Positions 23,143 to 35,686 of a stretch of DNA of 64,000 nucleotides are shown in pieces (position 1 is the first letter of the stretch; every line of letters starts with the position of its first letter). Source of the DNA: Felis catus (taxonomy: Eukaryota); NCBI RefSeq assembly GCF_018350175.1, contig NC_058383.1, positions 13,456,001 to 13,520,000 of the forward strand. The letters are read 5' to 3'. The translations under genes were made by a program, and so were the position numbers. Below the pieces are notes generated by a model, which was given only the letters and a program-made list of their open reading frames with translations, did not search any database and was not told the DNA's origin.

Positions 23143-24524
23143 GAGCGAGTTTTTAATTGTCCATCTTTTCAAGCTGCTCTTCAATTCTATGGACATAAAG
23201 GCCTTAGAAAATATGTATAAATTGATTGAGTCTAAATTTTCACATTTTAGGTCATTTCTAATAAAACATTTACATATAAGGTTTAAATCCAGTAAAACAA
23301 AAGAAGACTAGCCAAGTAATAAAGAATTTGGGAGAGAGAAGACAATTATACCAGACAACCTTGGACACCCCCCCCCAAAAAAAAAAACAAATGGGCATAA
23401 AACTCAGGCCAAGTTTCCTGCAGCCTGTACAAAAACTGGAAATTAGTCATTTTTTCCCTTTGCAGTTTTTATTTTATTATTTATTGAGATGAACCATCAA
23501 AGTTCATCAGAATAGGAAGTGCTTTCCTTGTCACTAAATGTTGAAAAGAAACTATAAACAAGGACTTGAAACAACAGACAGAGGACAGTGTCATGTTCAG
23601 AGCTTTGAGTAGGGTTCATACAAGAGAGAGAGAGGGAGGGAGGGAAGGAGGGAGAAATGATTTGTGTTCACCATTTTGTTGAGTATAAACTCAAGGCACA
23701 AGATTAAATTGTGGCTCTTTGCTGGCATTTCTGAGAGGAGCTGGGCACCAACTCCTTAAGTCTGTGGAGGTTTGATTGGCTAGGAGACAGAATTTGGAAA
23801 TATCTGCATGGTCCCGAGACCGGTGGTTCTCCAACTTACCTCCACCAAAACAGCTTTCCTGCGAGCTACACTGAGCCATTTCACTGTCTGTAACCAAATG
23901 ATGCTCTTTTTTCCACCAAAAGAAAAAAGAAAAGAAAAAAAATGGGAAATAGAACCAAGAGAGTGAGTAAAATTACCTTAGATATAGGTTTTTCTAGTGC
24001 ATATATCTGGTGAGCTTTGCCTTATCGTGTGATCAGGTAACAAATATGAATAGACAAACTATTAACCATGGATAAGATTCAGCTCAACACCTCGTTCTGA
24101 GGAGGACGCCATCTTTCATTTGTTTTTAAATATGTAACATGGTCATGTATTTTATGAGTCAAATTGTCCTGTTTCACATCACAAAATTAAACATATCAGG
24201 ATTTAATGGTGTTCCATAACCATTATTAGCCCAGACGAGCTCATGATTTCCAGGTGTTCTGGTACATGAATCAGTTTGAAAACCTTGCTGGGCATCAGTG
24301 CTGAGCACCTGAAGTGCAGCCATGCCCATAGGTGATCAGAAAGCTCTCCGGTAGCATCTGACTTTGGGAGCGGGGTTAGGAAACCTGACACTTTGTTATA
24401 AAAATGAAAGATCTCAAATAGCATGTTGCCCTCCTAAGGGGCCCGGAACAACCCGTGTGCAAGGCAGTCGTTAAAAATTAACAGCTTCTGTATCTGCCAG
24501 AAGCTTCCTTAGGCTCCAGACGTA

Positions 24525-24930
24525 TGCGCTGAGCTTCACATACAGTATCTCTAAACCTCACCACAGCCTTGCAAGGTATCATCCATGTTTCACTGATGGG
24601 GAAACTGAGGCACAGAGAAGCTAAGTGACTTGACCAAGATCGCGGAGTTCAGAATGACCCAGCAGAACACCTCTAGATCTCTATCTCTTTTTTTTAAGGT
24701 TTACTTTGATAAAGCCTGTGAAACAGGATTTTTCTTTTAATGCAGGTTTTGAATAGAATACACACATACACACACAAAGTAATTATAAATCACAGACTAA
24801 AAACAAACAAAAATAATACGGACCGCTTCACAAATTTGTCATCCTTGAGCAGGGGCCATCCTAATCTCTGTATCGTTCCAGTTTTCCTCTAGATAACTTA
24901 CCTGCGCTCCTTCCTCTACAGGCACTGCCC
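24525..24930 (-). mobile_element. MIR split by the U6 chimeric insertion
   Basis: Core GGGGAAACTGAGGCACAGAGAAGCTAAGTGACTTGACCAAG before the insertion; MIR-like continuation CCTGCGCTCC...CACTGCC after it. Confidence 0.7.
24679..24885 (-). pseudogene. U6 snRNA retropseudogene (5'-truncated, about nt 27 to the 3' end at 24812-24885) joined to about 115 nt of unknown sequence and a decayed poly(A) tail
   Basis: Reverse complement AAAACTGGAACGATACAGAGATTAGGATGGCCCCTGCTCAAGGATGACAAATTTGTGAAGCGGTCCGTATT matches U6 including the ACAGAGA box; T8 at 24688-24695; TSD CCTCTAGAT at 24670-24678 / 24886-24894. Confidence 0.88.
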
Positions 24931-24947
24931 TGCAGTGATCAAGATTA

Positions 24948-25638
24948 GGTTCCTCAAAAAACTTAAAAATAGAACTCTCTTACCATCCAACAATTCACTT
25001 ATGGGCATTTATCAGAAGAAAATAAATACACGAATTCAAAAAGATATATGCACCCCATGTTCCTCGTAGCAGTATTTGTAACAGCCAAGATATGGAAGCA
25101 GCCCAAGGGTCCATCCACTGATGAATGTGTTAGAAGATGTGGTGTATATATACAATGGAATATCACTCAGCCATCAAAAAGAATGAAATCTTGCCATTTG
25201 CAACAACATGGATGGACCTACAGGGAGTAATGCTAAGTGAAATAAGACAGAGAAAGGTATATGTGATTTCATTTGTATGTGGAATGTTTAAAAAAACAAA
25301 ACAAATATATAAACAAGACAGAAGCTGACTCATAATAAATACAGAGAACAAACTGGGGCTGCTAGAGGGGATGGGCAGAGGGTGAGTAAAATAAGTAAAG
25401 GGAATTAGGAGGTATAAATTCCAAGTTATAAAATAAATAAGACCTGGGGGTGTAAAGTATGGCATAAGGAATATAGTCCATAATATTGTAATAATTTTGT
25501 ATGGTGACAGATGGTAACTCTACTTATTATGGTGAGCATTTATTTCATAATGCATATAACTGTCAAATGTCTATCTGTATACCTGAGAATAGTACAGTAT
25601 ATGTTGACTATACTTCAGTTTTTAAGTTAAAAAAAAAA
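24948..25638 (+). mobile_element. L1 3' fragment (carnivore L1_Carn/L1MA-like), ORF2 frameshifted
   Basis: ORFs 25048-25230 and 25137-25328 give ORF2 C-terminal peptides (PMFLVAVFVTAKIWKQPK; IYTMEYHSAIKKNEILPFATTWMDL); 3' UTR and A tail follow. Confidence 0.93.
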
Positions 25639-25963
25639 TGGGTTTCTAAAAGCAGTTTTGCATCTGCACAAGTGCTTAAAGAGTAACATGATTGAAGTGC
25701 CATAAAATATAGGATATGACCTTTGCCTAGATGTATTTTTAGGGAAGGAGTTTCTATCTTTTTTAAAAAAATATTTACCTTTGAACATAATCTCAAAGAG
25801 TCATTGAGTTAATGACAGAAAGTCCCCTGGATAAGTAAGCAAAGTAACCTGTTGAATAAATAGTTTAGTCTTCTCTGTCTGTGTGCTGCTAAAAATAATT
25901 CTTTTACTTTGGCATAGAATTTTGGGGAGTTTTAAATGAGGTATTAAATATAAAGTCACTACA

Positions 25964-26186
25964 GGGGTGCCTGGGTGACTCAGTCGGTTAGGCGTCTGAC
26001 TTCGGCTCAGGTCATGATCTGACAGTTTGTGAGTTCGAGCCCCGCGTCAGGCTCTGGGCTGACAGCTCAGAGCCTGGATCCTGCTTCAGATTCTGTGTCT
26101 TCCTCTCTCTCTCTGCCCCTCCCCTGCTCATGCTCGCTCTCTCTCTCTCTCTCTCTCAAAAATAAACATTAAAAAATTTTAAAAAA
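25964..26186 (+). mobile_element. CanSINE (SINEC_Fc)
   Basis: Full-length copy; TSD TAAATATAAAGTCACTAC / TAAATATAAAGCCAGTAC. Confidence 0.97.
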
Positions 26187-26369
26187 TAAATATAAAGCCA
26201 GTACTTGAACAGTATAAATACTTTGTGTTTTGTTGCCCATAACCCTCAGGCTGAAAATCATATACCCATCAAGGAGGGAGTCAATAATTGACCCAATAGG
26301 TGAGATGTTTGTATTTTCACAGTGTGCCAGTATGTAGTTTGATCTTTGTCCCTAGTGTATAATTCCTAT

Positions 26370-26557
26370 TTAAAACATTTTATTTGTTTGTTTGTTTATG
26401 TATTTATTTATTCATTCATTTACGTATTTATGAGTGAGTAGGCTTCACACCCAACGCAGAGCCCGACATGGGGCTTGAACTCCTGACCATGAGATCAAGA
26501 CCTAAGCTGAAATCAAGAGTCAGATGCGTAACTGACTAACTGGCACCCAGGTGCCCC
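26370..26557 (-). mobile_element. Short, older CanSINE lacking the (CT)n region
   Basis: GGGGCTTGAACTCCTGACCATGAGATCAAGACC...AATCAAGAGTCAGATG...CACCCAGGTGCCCC with a (TTTA/TTTG)n tail. Confidence 0.9.
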
Positions 26558-26811
26558 CCCCCAAATAATTTCCTTTTAAAAGGGCCTAAACATTTATTTG
26601 TATATAGCTCAATAAATATTTATCAACAGTGATTGAAACTTAGCTCAAGTATCTCTCATGATGATCTTGCCAAGCTTTAGTTGACTTAGACTTTGAAGTA
26701 AGGCTTGTGCTAGACTAAACTCCTGGTTATCAGATACGGGGCAACAACCAGGCATTCTCCGTTCTGAAGGAAGAGTGAAGAGATGAGGGAATTTCACGTG
26801 AGCCCCAAGAG

Positions 26812-27029
26812 GTTTATTATTTTAATGTTCATTTATTTTTGAGAGAGAGAGAAAGAGCGTAAATGGGACAGGGAGAAAGAGACCGAGAGAGAGAGAGAGG
26901 GAGACACAGAATCCGAAGCAGGCTCCAGGCTCCAGGCTCCAAGCTGTCATCCTTGAGCCTGACACGGGGCTCAAACCCAAGAACCGTGAGATCCTGACGA
27001 GCTTAACCGACTGAGCCACCCAGGCGCCC
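26812..27029 (-). mobile_element. CanSINE (SINEC_Fc) with a short internal deletion
   Basis: Antisense copy; TSD TGAGCCCCAAGAG (26799-26811 / 27030-27042). Confidence 0.96.
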
Positions 27030-28000
27030 TGAGCCCCAAGAGTTTTAAAAAGTGTTCCCCAGGACATACTCCCATTTTGTTCATATTAATTCTCTGCCCT
27101 CGGCATTTCTGGGGATGTACTAGGAATCTAGAAAGGAAATACCCAGCCCCAAGGACACCAGTGGTAGAGTTTAGAGTATTTTAAGAGCCAAATGATCACT
27201 GTTACTCCTCTCTTGTCCATTTCTCAGATGGAGATTAGGTGGGAAAGGCTTATTTTTAGATAATAAAGCAGTTATTTAAAAACATGACTAAAGTTCTCCT
27301 TAGAACTAGCCCATGGGTTGCTTTTAAGTATTGAGCTGTGATTTTAAATATTGTCACCACTGCAGCCTTAAATTAGTCAAAACATGCAAACTGTTTAGCA
27401 TACTGCCTAACACATATTAATTGCTCCATAAATATTACCTGTTCTTTACAGTAGTGGTTCTCAACTGGTTTACAGAGGCACCAGTGTATCTTTCTCCCTT
27501 CTCAGGCCCTGACATATCTGTCTATATGTTTAAAACAATGATCTCAGTAGATGGCGCACACAGTGATCTCTCAGTTGGCTGACATCAGACGTGAGAGACA
27601 CAGCGTAATGCCAAGTCTTTGTTTACTGGTTAGGGACAGTGCCTCTTGGGTCTGGAGAAGGGGCGCACTGAGCGACTCCCGTTCACAAAGGCTTATGTTT
27701 AGAAAGACACACCTGGTGAGCCGTGAGTTAATTACCACTGCTTTTTATAGGCCCCGTGAAGACGCGGGGCTGTTCCGCAGTAGTAATTACATCGTAAGTA
27801 TTGGGCCTTCTTTAGACGTCTGGAGGCCTGTGAGTACAAAGCGGTTGAGAACCCTCAGTTTAGAAGTAGGGGGGTAGGTTCTTGTCTGTAGGAGCAAAAG
27901 GAATTTATTTCTTGTCTTACAGTTTTATACTGCTTTCATCTACCTCTAGCCTCAGAAAAGCCCTTTCTCAGAAAAAGTGACTCAAATAGAAACCTGCCTT

Positions 28001-28214
28001 TTTCATAAAAAAAAAAAAAAAAAAGTCTATTTTATTTTGAGAGAGCGTGCGAGCGAGCAGAAGTGGGGGAGGGGCACAGAGAGAGGGAAAGAGAGAGAAT
28101 CCCAAGCAGGCTCCATGCAATTGGCACCGAGCTCGATACCAGGCTCAGTCTGACAAACCCTGGGATGATGACCGGAGTCAGACACTTAACTGACTGAACC
28201 ACCCAGCTGCCCCC
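28001..28214 (-). mobile_element. CanSINE (diverged)
   Basis: GAGAGAGAATCCCAAGCAGGCTCC...CTGAACCACCCAGCTGCCCC; TSD AAA(C/T)CTGCCTT. Confidence 0.93.
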
Positions 28215-29830
28215 AAATCTGCCTTATTTGCCTGTGCCGTACCTTGTGTCTCTAATATCATTCTCTTTGCACCAGATGTCTGATTATTGTTCAAATACTC
28301 AATGTACTGCTGAAGGCTCAGATCATTTAGAGGAGTTGCAGGTACTGTAAAGAACACAGGAGGAAGTCTTTATTCTGTCGCACGGTAGCTGGTTGGAACC
28401 CATGATTTACGTCTAAAATGTTGCTACTGTTTTTACATCGTCCTTAAAGGAGGAGAGTGTGAAGGGTTATAATTACAGTACAACTTATTAAAGCAGGTGC
28501 ATCAACAGGAAAAGAAACCATTGTCCTTTCAACTCAGTCCCATTTCATAAATGGCATATCAGTTCCTTAGTGATTCAGAAACTTGGCTCCTCTTTGCAGC
28601 CTGGTGCCTCTCTCTACTCTTTGCCCACAGACCTGAGAGGGGAGAGGTTAAGTGACAGAGGAATTAAAGCTCTAAGGCAAATGAAGTTCATATATTTTTA
28701 CTTAAGGATCCAGACACTCCAAGATGGGATCAAAATTGTCACTTAAATCTTGACCAGAATAGTGGCTCTCTTTCTGTTGCAGTGAGTGGAAGGAAACGTT
28801 ATCTGCCTATGGTGCTTTACTGACTGGTTAAATAGCCTATTGAAATGTGGGAAAAGGAGATGAAAACAAACTGCATCTTTATTTATAGGCAAGATTTATT
28901 TATAGGGCAAGATCTTTGCATGTGGATGCTGTAAAGCCTTTGCTCCTGGGCGGAGAGACGAAGCGTAACAGGGATGGGAAGCTTACTTCAAGTGTGGGGC
29001 AAAGGGCGGGGGGAGTATGAAGGGAGAAGGGGGACCGAAGGAATGGATTCTTCACCCCTCAGTAAGTAGGCCTAGCCCAGGCGGGAGACTGCAGAGTGGT
29101 CCGAGTGGACCACAAGACCTCTGCTCCCCTCTGAGTTCTCCCCTGGTCCTCAGCCTGTTCAGAAGACCAGTTTCAGGAACATCAGAGGGAAATAAAACAC
29201 CAAACACAGCTTTCTTTGGCTGTATTGGCTCCTGATACGACCTACAGAAGATAATTTTGTTTTTCCTTTAGAATTCTTGTCATGCCAAGGTGCTTTTTAT
29301 TGCAATAAAAGTTTCAAACCGTTACACAAATAAGATAAAGCACCTTTTAAAATAAGATGACCGGCTCTTCCTACTTCGGCTCTCTTGATTTTTGTTGAAA
29401 ACTGAAGTTCACTGAGTCTTACCAGTTAAGAATATGTAAATTCAAAAAGCTGTTCCCACAGTTCTCCCTCTCCGAAGGCCTGTTGTGAGCTGTGTGTGCT
29501 CTTTCTGGATGTTGTGCTTCAGTCCAGCAGCTTTTCTAAACTTTAGCTTGTGGTTCAGTGGCTGAGGATGGGACACAAAGCCTGTTGGTCCTCTTGTCCT
29601 CATCTGTACCACGGGGACAGCCAAGATCACCTGAGTCGCAGGCATGAGGACGTACTGAGGTAATGCGGGGAAGACCTACGACCACTGTCTGGGTCATGGC
29701 CAGTGCTCAGGTATTGGTTGTCACTGTTTGGCACGGCTTTCTCATCATTCACTTTATTCTCAATCCCATGTCTCCGTTCTCTGTTCTTGTTTCCCAGGGA
29801 TCTCCTACTCCTTATTGCCGGAGAACATTT

Positions 29831-29925
29831 GTTTACATTTCACTTAACTTTTAAAATTTTAATTTCAGTACAGCTACCATAGGGTGTTACATTAGTTTCA
29901 GGTGTACAGTATGGTGATTCAACAA
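29831..29925 (-). mobile_element. Very short (about 95 bp) L1 3'-terminal insertion
   Basis: TGTTACATTAGTTTCAGGTGTACAGTATGGTGATTCAACA is an antisense L1 3' end; TSD CC(G/A)GAGAACATTT at 29818-29830 / 29926-29938. Confidence 0.8.
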
Positions 29926-30989
29926 CCAGAGAACATTTTTAATGCTTCCCCCTTTGTTGGTGCTGCTGTGGCTGACCCCAGTGTGATACAAATGCTTTGA
30001 AAATGGACCCTGAATGTGTTCTAGGGCTTATCAGGAATCTTTGAAAAAAGAGAATCAGAGTAAGCAAGCCCGTATATTTCATCAAACCTTACTTTCTGTC
30101 TGTGACTTATGGGTAACTTTACTTTGGAGATACCTGACTACTTTGGAAGTATGCACGACAGCTTACCTAAATTCGGAGGATTGGGTGTCGTTAAAGGAAG
30201 GCGTGGCTGCATGGGAGGGTGGGACATAAACAAACTGTTGAAAGTGAAATCGATGTTTCAGTGCTGATGGGTAAGCAGTGCAGGGGGTAGAGGGCCCTGA
30301 AAGGGGGGCTGGAGACCAGATTCTAGGCCAACATGGCTGACATCTTCTGAGCCTCTCTTCACCTATCAAATGGGGCGTTTGGATTCGATTGTCTCAACGG
30401 TCCCTTTGTGCCTTAGTATTTTCTAATTTTGGCAACTATGTCATCAGTACTGGTGTCCACATTTTCAAGTTGTATAAGTGTAAAAAGTAACTGGGTAAAA
30501 TGCTGAAGCAAAGCCTAGTCAGGGTCAGTGGGAGAGTGTTGAAGAGTCTCCCAGTCCCAGTAATGAGGGTTGTTTCTCCTTCCTTCCCCGTACCCAGGCT
30601 CCCCAGAAGGTAAAAGTAAAGAAATGAAGTCCATCTTCTGTGTATTTTCAAAATAAAAGAACTATTACTTCCATTTTAATAATAGAGTTTTTGTGTATTT
30701 AATATAGGCAGTGATTTGGCCTCCAGCTGAGTTTAGATTTGAAGAGAGGAGAATATTAAACCCTATCAGCCAACCCATAAGCCAATTAAGTATTTCTAAG
30801 CTGGCAGAATGTGGGGAGGAATCCTTTTTTTTTTTTTTCTCCACCAGTACTCACAATTTTTTGTTTTAATGAGATAAAATAGTGTCTTTGGAAAGGCGGT
30901 ACCGAAAGTAGGTGACAGCAAAGGATGGCCCTACGGTGAGACCAGTGTGTAGGTCAGAGTTCAGACAAAGGCAGTTTGAGGGCCTGGAA

Positions 30990-31170
30990 CAGTGCTGTCC
31001 AACAGAACCTTCTGTAATGATGAAAATGCTCCACACTAACAGGGTAGCCACAAGTAACATGTGGCTGAATGTGGCTAGTGTGACCAGTTCCTGAATTTTT
31101 AAATCTTATTTAATTTTGATGGATTTGGGTTCCAGTAGCCACATGTGGCTAACAGCATGGGCAGTACAGG
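30990..31170 (+). mobile_element. MER3 (hAT-Charlie MITE)
   Basis: CAGTGCTGTCCAACAGAACCTTCTGTAATGATGAAAATG...GTAGCCAC...AATGTGGCTAGTGTGAC...TAGCCACATGTGGCTA. Confidence 0.85.
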
Positions 31171-33644
31171 ACTAGAATGAAATAGATTTTGACATACACT
31201 CTCATGTATCAGAAAATTCCCAAAGAGCATCAGATTGCTGCCGTTGTGTGTATGATTGATTTGGAGCTAAAAGAACATCTAAAGAGCTCTCCTGTGTAAG
31301 AGAATTACATTTCTACTTTGTCGTTTCAGAGGGGAAAAAAAAAAAAGAAACAAGACCGCTTGAGAGTGATTGCAGGGCAACATATTCAGGCGTAATATAA
31401 GAAGTTTCCTTACAGACACTCACATGAAATTATAGTCAGGTGTCTTAAAATGTAAGGATACCGCCCCCACTTCTAGCTGCCACCGGTTCTAAGAGTAGTC
31501 AAGGCTAGCTTGGCGACAGTAAGCAGGGATAGACTGTTTCCTCATCAATAAAATGAAGAGTCTAGGACTTGTCCTACCCTCCCCACACATGTCACCGGTT
31601 GCTAAGGATGAGAAGAAGTCGTGTTTTCACAAGTGCTCTGAAACCACCAAAGATGTGTTATTAAGCTTTACTATTATTAGGTTCAAGACATTGATTAATG
31701 GACTTTATGTACTTGGAGTCACCTTCAGGCTGCTTCTGAGAAAAGCAGAAATGTTCTTTAGGATCCTGAACCCAAGCCCCCTAGTTTCAGTAAACATGCC
31801 TCCCACCACCCCATGAATAGAGCAAGTGGCACTGGCCATTCAGTCATTGATCTTAATTTTTTCAGTGATTATTTCACCCGGAGAGGATGCTGAAAGTGGC
31901 CCTCGTGCCTTTCCAAATACCTAGAAGATTCCTGATAGTAAGCAAATGGATGAACTCACAGTAGTTAGGCTGTGGTCGATGCTCTCACTGCTGAGACAGC
32001 CGGTTAGTACTTAGAGCATCAATCAGCCGCGGGGCCTGCTGGTTCCTCCTGTTGGATGTAACATTCATGGAAAAGGAGCCTTATAGGTAATGTCACAGCA
32101 GAGGCCTTAAATTGCAGAGAATTTCTACCAGCCTCGTGAACCAGGGCATGGCACGGGATCCATCGGCCCTGCCTATCCTCCCGTGGAGACGTGACGAGGG
32201 CAGGACTGTGAGCCTGGAGCACAGCCACCCAGCAGCGGGCTGAGGCCCTTTGCAGAGCTTCCACGGAATTCATCAACCGTGTGTGAACACTTGGACGCTG
32301 CACCTCTTCCTTTGTGGGGGCGTCCATTATCTGGTTCAGAAAGATGGTGGCAGGCCTCAGGCTCATGTTGGTAGACCCTGCTTTCTGTTTAAGCAGGAGG
32401 ACATTTCCTTGTCCTTCCTCTTGTTAAAATGGTAAACGCACAGTGCTGTCATTAGGGTGGAGCCCCTCAGCTCCTAAGGACAGGAGGGAACCCGACTTTT
32501 CCCCTTTCCTGCCGGCTTCCTCCCTTTCCATGTTTTCTCATGCCTGCGCTCGGAGCAGATGCGTCTTTATTGACGTGTTGATAGACTGTTGCATGCTCAT
32601 AAAAGCTCCAAATAACACTAGACAACTCCCATTTTGCACACTGGCATTTGATCCCTTCTCTGGAGAGTGACGATATCCACCTGGACACAAGGCTGGTGGA
32701 AAGAAAACTCAGCCTCGTTTCACAGATGGCTCGTTTCATCCGTGGCACGTGTGTGCATGTGGATGCTCTTGCCCGTACTTTCTTCTCAGCCCAGACTGAC
32801 GCGGGCATAGGTTACGTTGCTGGAGAAAATCAGCTTTCTACACCAGTTGTATTGGATGCAAATGTCCAGCTCTGGCTGGACTCCGGGGCCAAGTAGTCAC
32901 TCCTTCTCAGTGTCTGGAGTGGTTGCTCCAGACTTTTCCCTCTCATCTGAAACCCTCTAGTCCAGACTCTCTCTGCACCTCATTATCCATGGGTAGCCCT
33001 ACCAAGAACACCAAGGCTGCCCAGTAAGATCATCCTTGACTTCTGTCTTCTGCATTTAACAGTTTTTGTCAGAATCATTATTCATGTTTGCATCGTTCCC
33101 TCTGCTGTCAGAGCAGAATGCATTTTTTTTTTCATTCCCAAGGTCAAAACCATGTTCTTCAGCCAACCCCACTGTCTCCTCCAAGGCCTTGTCACATCCA
33201 TCGTTTCTTTCCCTTTGTCTTATCCCTCCTCTCTCCTTCACCACTTCCTTCCCTCTCAGCTAATGAACTTGAGCAAGTTTTCTCCAGTCCTTAAAAAAAC
33301 TAAAACGCTTGGGTCTCTTGGGTCTCTCCTCTCTTTCAAAGTCCAGGGATTTGGTACTTGCCATCATCCTTTCTTCATAACCCCCGAAGGAGGAACTGTA
33401 TCCTGTTGTGCTAAGAAAACTGTTGCTTAGCACCCACCAGTGGGTTTCTGATCAAAGTCTGGTGATGGGGGCAGCATTCTGCCTGGGTGGTGCCCTGCTC
33501 GTCCTCGAGCTCTGTCACCGATGGCTTTCCTGACTCTGCCCGCCCTTTTGATCCTTTTCACTACCTTCATCAGGCCCTGCCCTCTTCCTCCTTAGATATC
33601 TGTGAGCCCTGTGTCAGTAGAGAATGTTACTTCCTGGCACGGCT

Positions 33645-33810
33645 AGGAGAGTCAGATAGACCTGCCTCAGATCCTGGCGTGGCTCCACCACTTATTTAGC
33701 TCTGGAAACTTGAGTCAAGTTACTGGATTTTTCTGAGTATGTTTTCTCATACTGACTTCAGAGGGTTGTGAGGATAAAATTAGCAGACACATGACAAGTG
33801 CTTTGCTTCA
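33645..33810 (+). mobile_element. MIR fragment
   Basis: GAGTCAGATAGACCTG...CTCCACCACTTA...AGGGTTGTGAGGATAAAAT. Confidence 0.6.
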
Positions 33811-34136
33811 TTCCTAGCTAACTGCTTCTCACTTTGCTTTCTTTTCTCTGACTGCCATGCCCTCACTTTCCATCTTTATCCTTTCTGTCCCTGGCCTCCC
33901 TCTGGAGCCTCAAAGCCACATCATCAGCCACCTGCTGGATGCCTTTCTCAAATAGAAATCTTCATTCCTTTCTCCCAAAGCAGGTTTCTCCTACCCCGAC
34001 TCAGCCTGGCAGCCTCCCAGGGTTGAGTCATGATATGTTTCACCTTCTCTCTCTCTTACCCTCTTAACCAGTCAGTCAACAAGCCATGCCCCATTCTCCA
34101 GCCCCCTGGGTTCTTGGGTCTGGATGTTTCATTCTT

Positions 34137-34352
34137 TAAAAAAAAAAAAATTAATGTTTATTTTTTGAGAGAGAGAGAAAGAGAGAGACCAGCGGAGGGG
34201 CAGAGAAAGAGGGAGACACAGAATCTGAAACAGGCTCCAGGCTCCGAGCTGTCAGCACAGAGCCCAATGTGGGGCTTGGGCCCATGAACCACAAGATCAT
34301 GACCTGAGCTGAAGTCAGACGCTTCACCGACGGAGCCACCCAGGTGTACCCC
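34137..34352 (-). mobile_element. CanSINE (SINEC_Fc)
   Basis: Antisense copy; TSD TGGATGTTTCATTCTT / TGGACTTTTCATTCTT. Confidence 0.96.
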
Positions 34353-34825
34353 TGGACTTTTCATTCTTAATGCCACAGTTATGGTTAAGGGTCCTTTTAC
34401 CTCCAGCTTGATTATTGTTCTGGCCTCCAAAGTGCCCCTCATCTTTATTTCATTGCAAACATTCTTCCTAAAGCTGTGCACATCTGATCATGTCATTGCC
34501 TGTGCAGATGGTCCCCTGTTGCACTCTTCTATTCCCTGTGAACTTTTGACTGAAGGTTCTACAGCCAATCTGTAGTTCAGGGGTAGAGCTGGAAGAATGG
34601 CTGATACTATGCATAAAGTTAGAACTCATTAAATGCTGAATAAATATAGTGTAAAATAAAGCAAAATCAGTAGTATAGTAAGGCATAATGTCATAAGAAT
34701 TGCTTTGGTGATAGGTGGTCAATTAATTAAAAGTTAGCTCTCGATATATCCTACCGAATTTATTGTAGAATAGTCTATGCCTTGATCCCCATTTTCACTT
34801 GAAGCGTATTAAAAGAGGAAAATGG

Positions 34826-35040
34826 TGGGCGCCTGGGTGGCGCAGTCGGTTAAGCGTCCGACTTCAGCCAGGTCACGATCTCGCGGTCCAGGAGTTCAAG
34901 CCCCGCGTCAGGCTCTGGGCTGATGGCTCAGAGCCTGGAGCCTGTTTCCGATTCTGTGTCTCCCTCTCTCTCTGCCCCTCCCCCGTTCACGCTCTGTCTC
35001 TCTCTGTCCCAAAAATAAATAAAACGTTGAAAAAAAAAAT
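34826..35040 (+). mobile_element. Young CanSINE (SINEC_Fc), CpGs largely intact
   Basis: GGGCGCCTGGGTGGCGCAGTCGGTTAAGCGTCCGACTTCAGCCAGGTCACGATCTCGCGG...; perfect 17-bp TSD TTAAAAGAGGAAAATGG (34809-34825 / 35041-35057). Confidence 0.98.
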
Positions 35041-35686
35041 TTAAAAGAGGAAAATGGATTGGACAGATGAGTAGGGGGTCTCCACAGGGCATCAACAGGC
35101 TTCTTTTGGTCCCCACCTAGCCTGTGTGAGGCCACCCTCTGTACACTTCTTCCAGCCAGTGCTCAAAGGACCAGGTCCACATTCTTGGCATGGGTGTTTT
35201 GATCCTAATGAGACTCGAAATCGAGTACAAGACTGATGATGAACTTGGGTCCCTGGAAAAATTGTGATAGTTTGTAATGCAAGTCTGTTGTGGACACAAG
35301 AAAGCACACTTACTGGTGCCCTGAGCCCCCACCTCCCCGTGTCTCACACGCTCTTCTCCACCCCTGACCCTCAGCACTCCAGGCAAGAAAACAGTGATGT
35401 TTCTGCATCTGGAAGCACGTTCTATGTGAGAAGAGGCCAGTGGAAGGGGATTTGATGTGTGAATGACAGATCCCCAGGTAACACTACTGGGGGGCACTTG
35501 ATCTGACCGGTTTGAAGCTGAAAACTTACCAGGTCATACTGGAAATGGTTGCCGCCGGGCATGGCTTTCATCCTTGTTTATCTTCTTAAAAAAAAAAACC
35601 TTACTGAAGGGTTTGGGTTTTTGTTTTGGGTTTTTTGTGGGGTTTTTTTGTTTTGTTTTTGGTTTTGTGCAAATCATACTTTTTCG

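Noticed and set aside
20906..24885. Functional tRNA, 5S or U6 genes
   Set aside because: All three are truncated: the tRNA lacks its 3' half and B box, 5S lacks its internal control region, and U6 lacks its 5' stem and has deletions.
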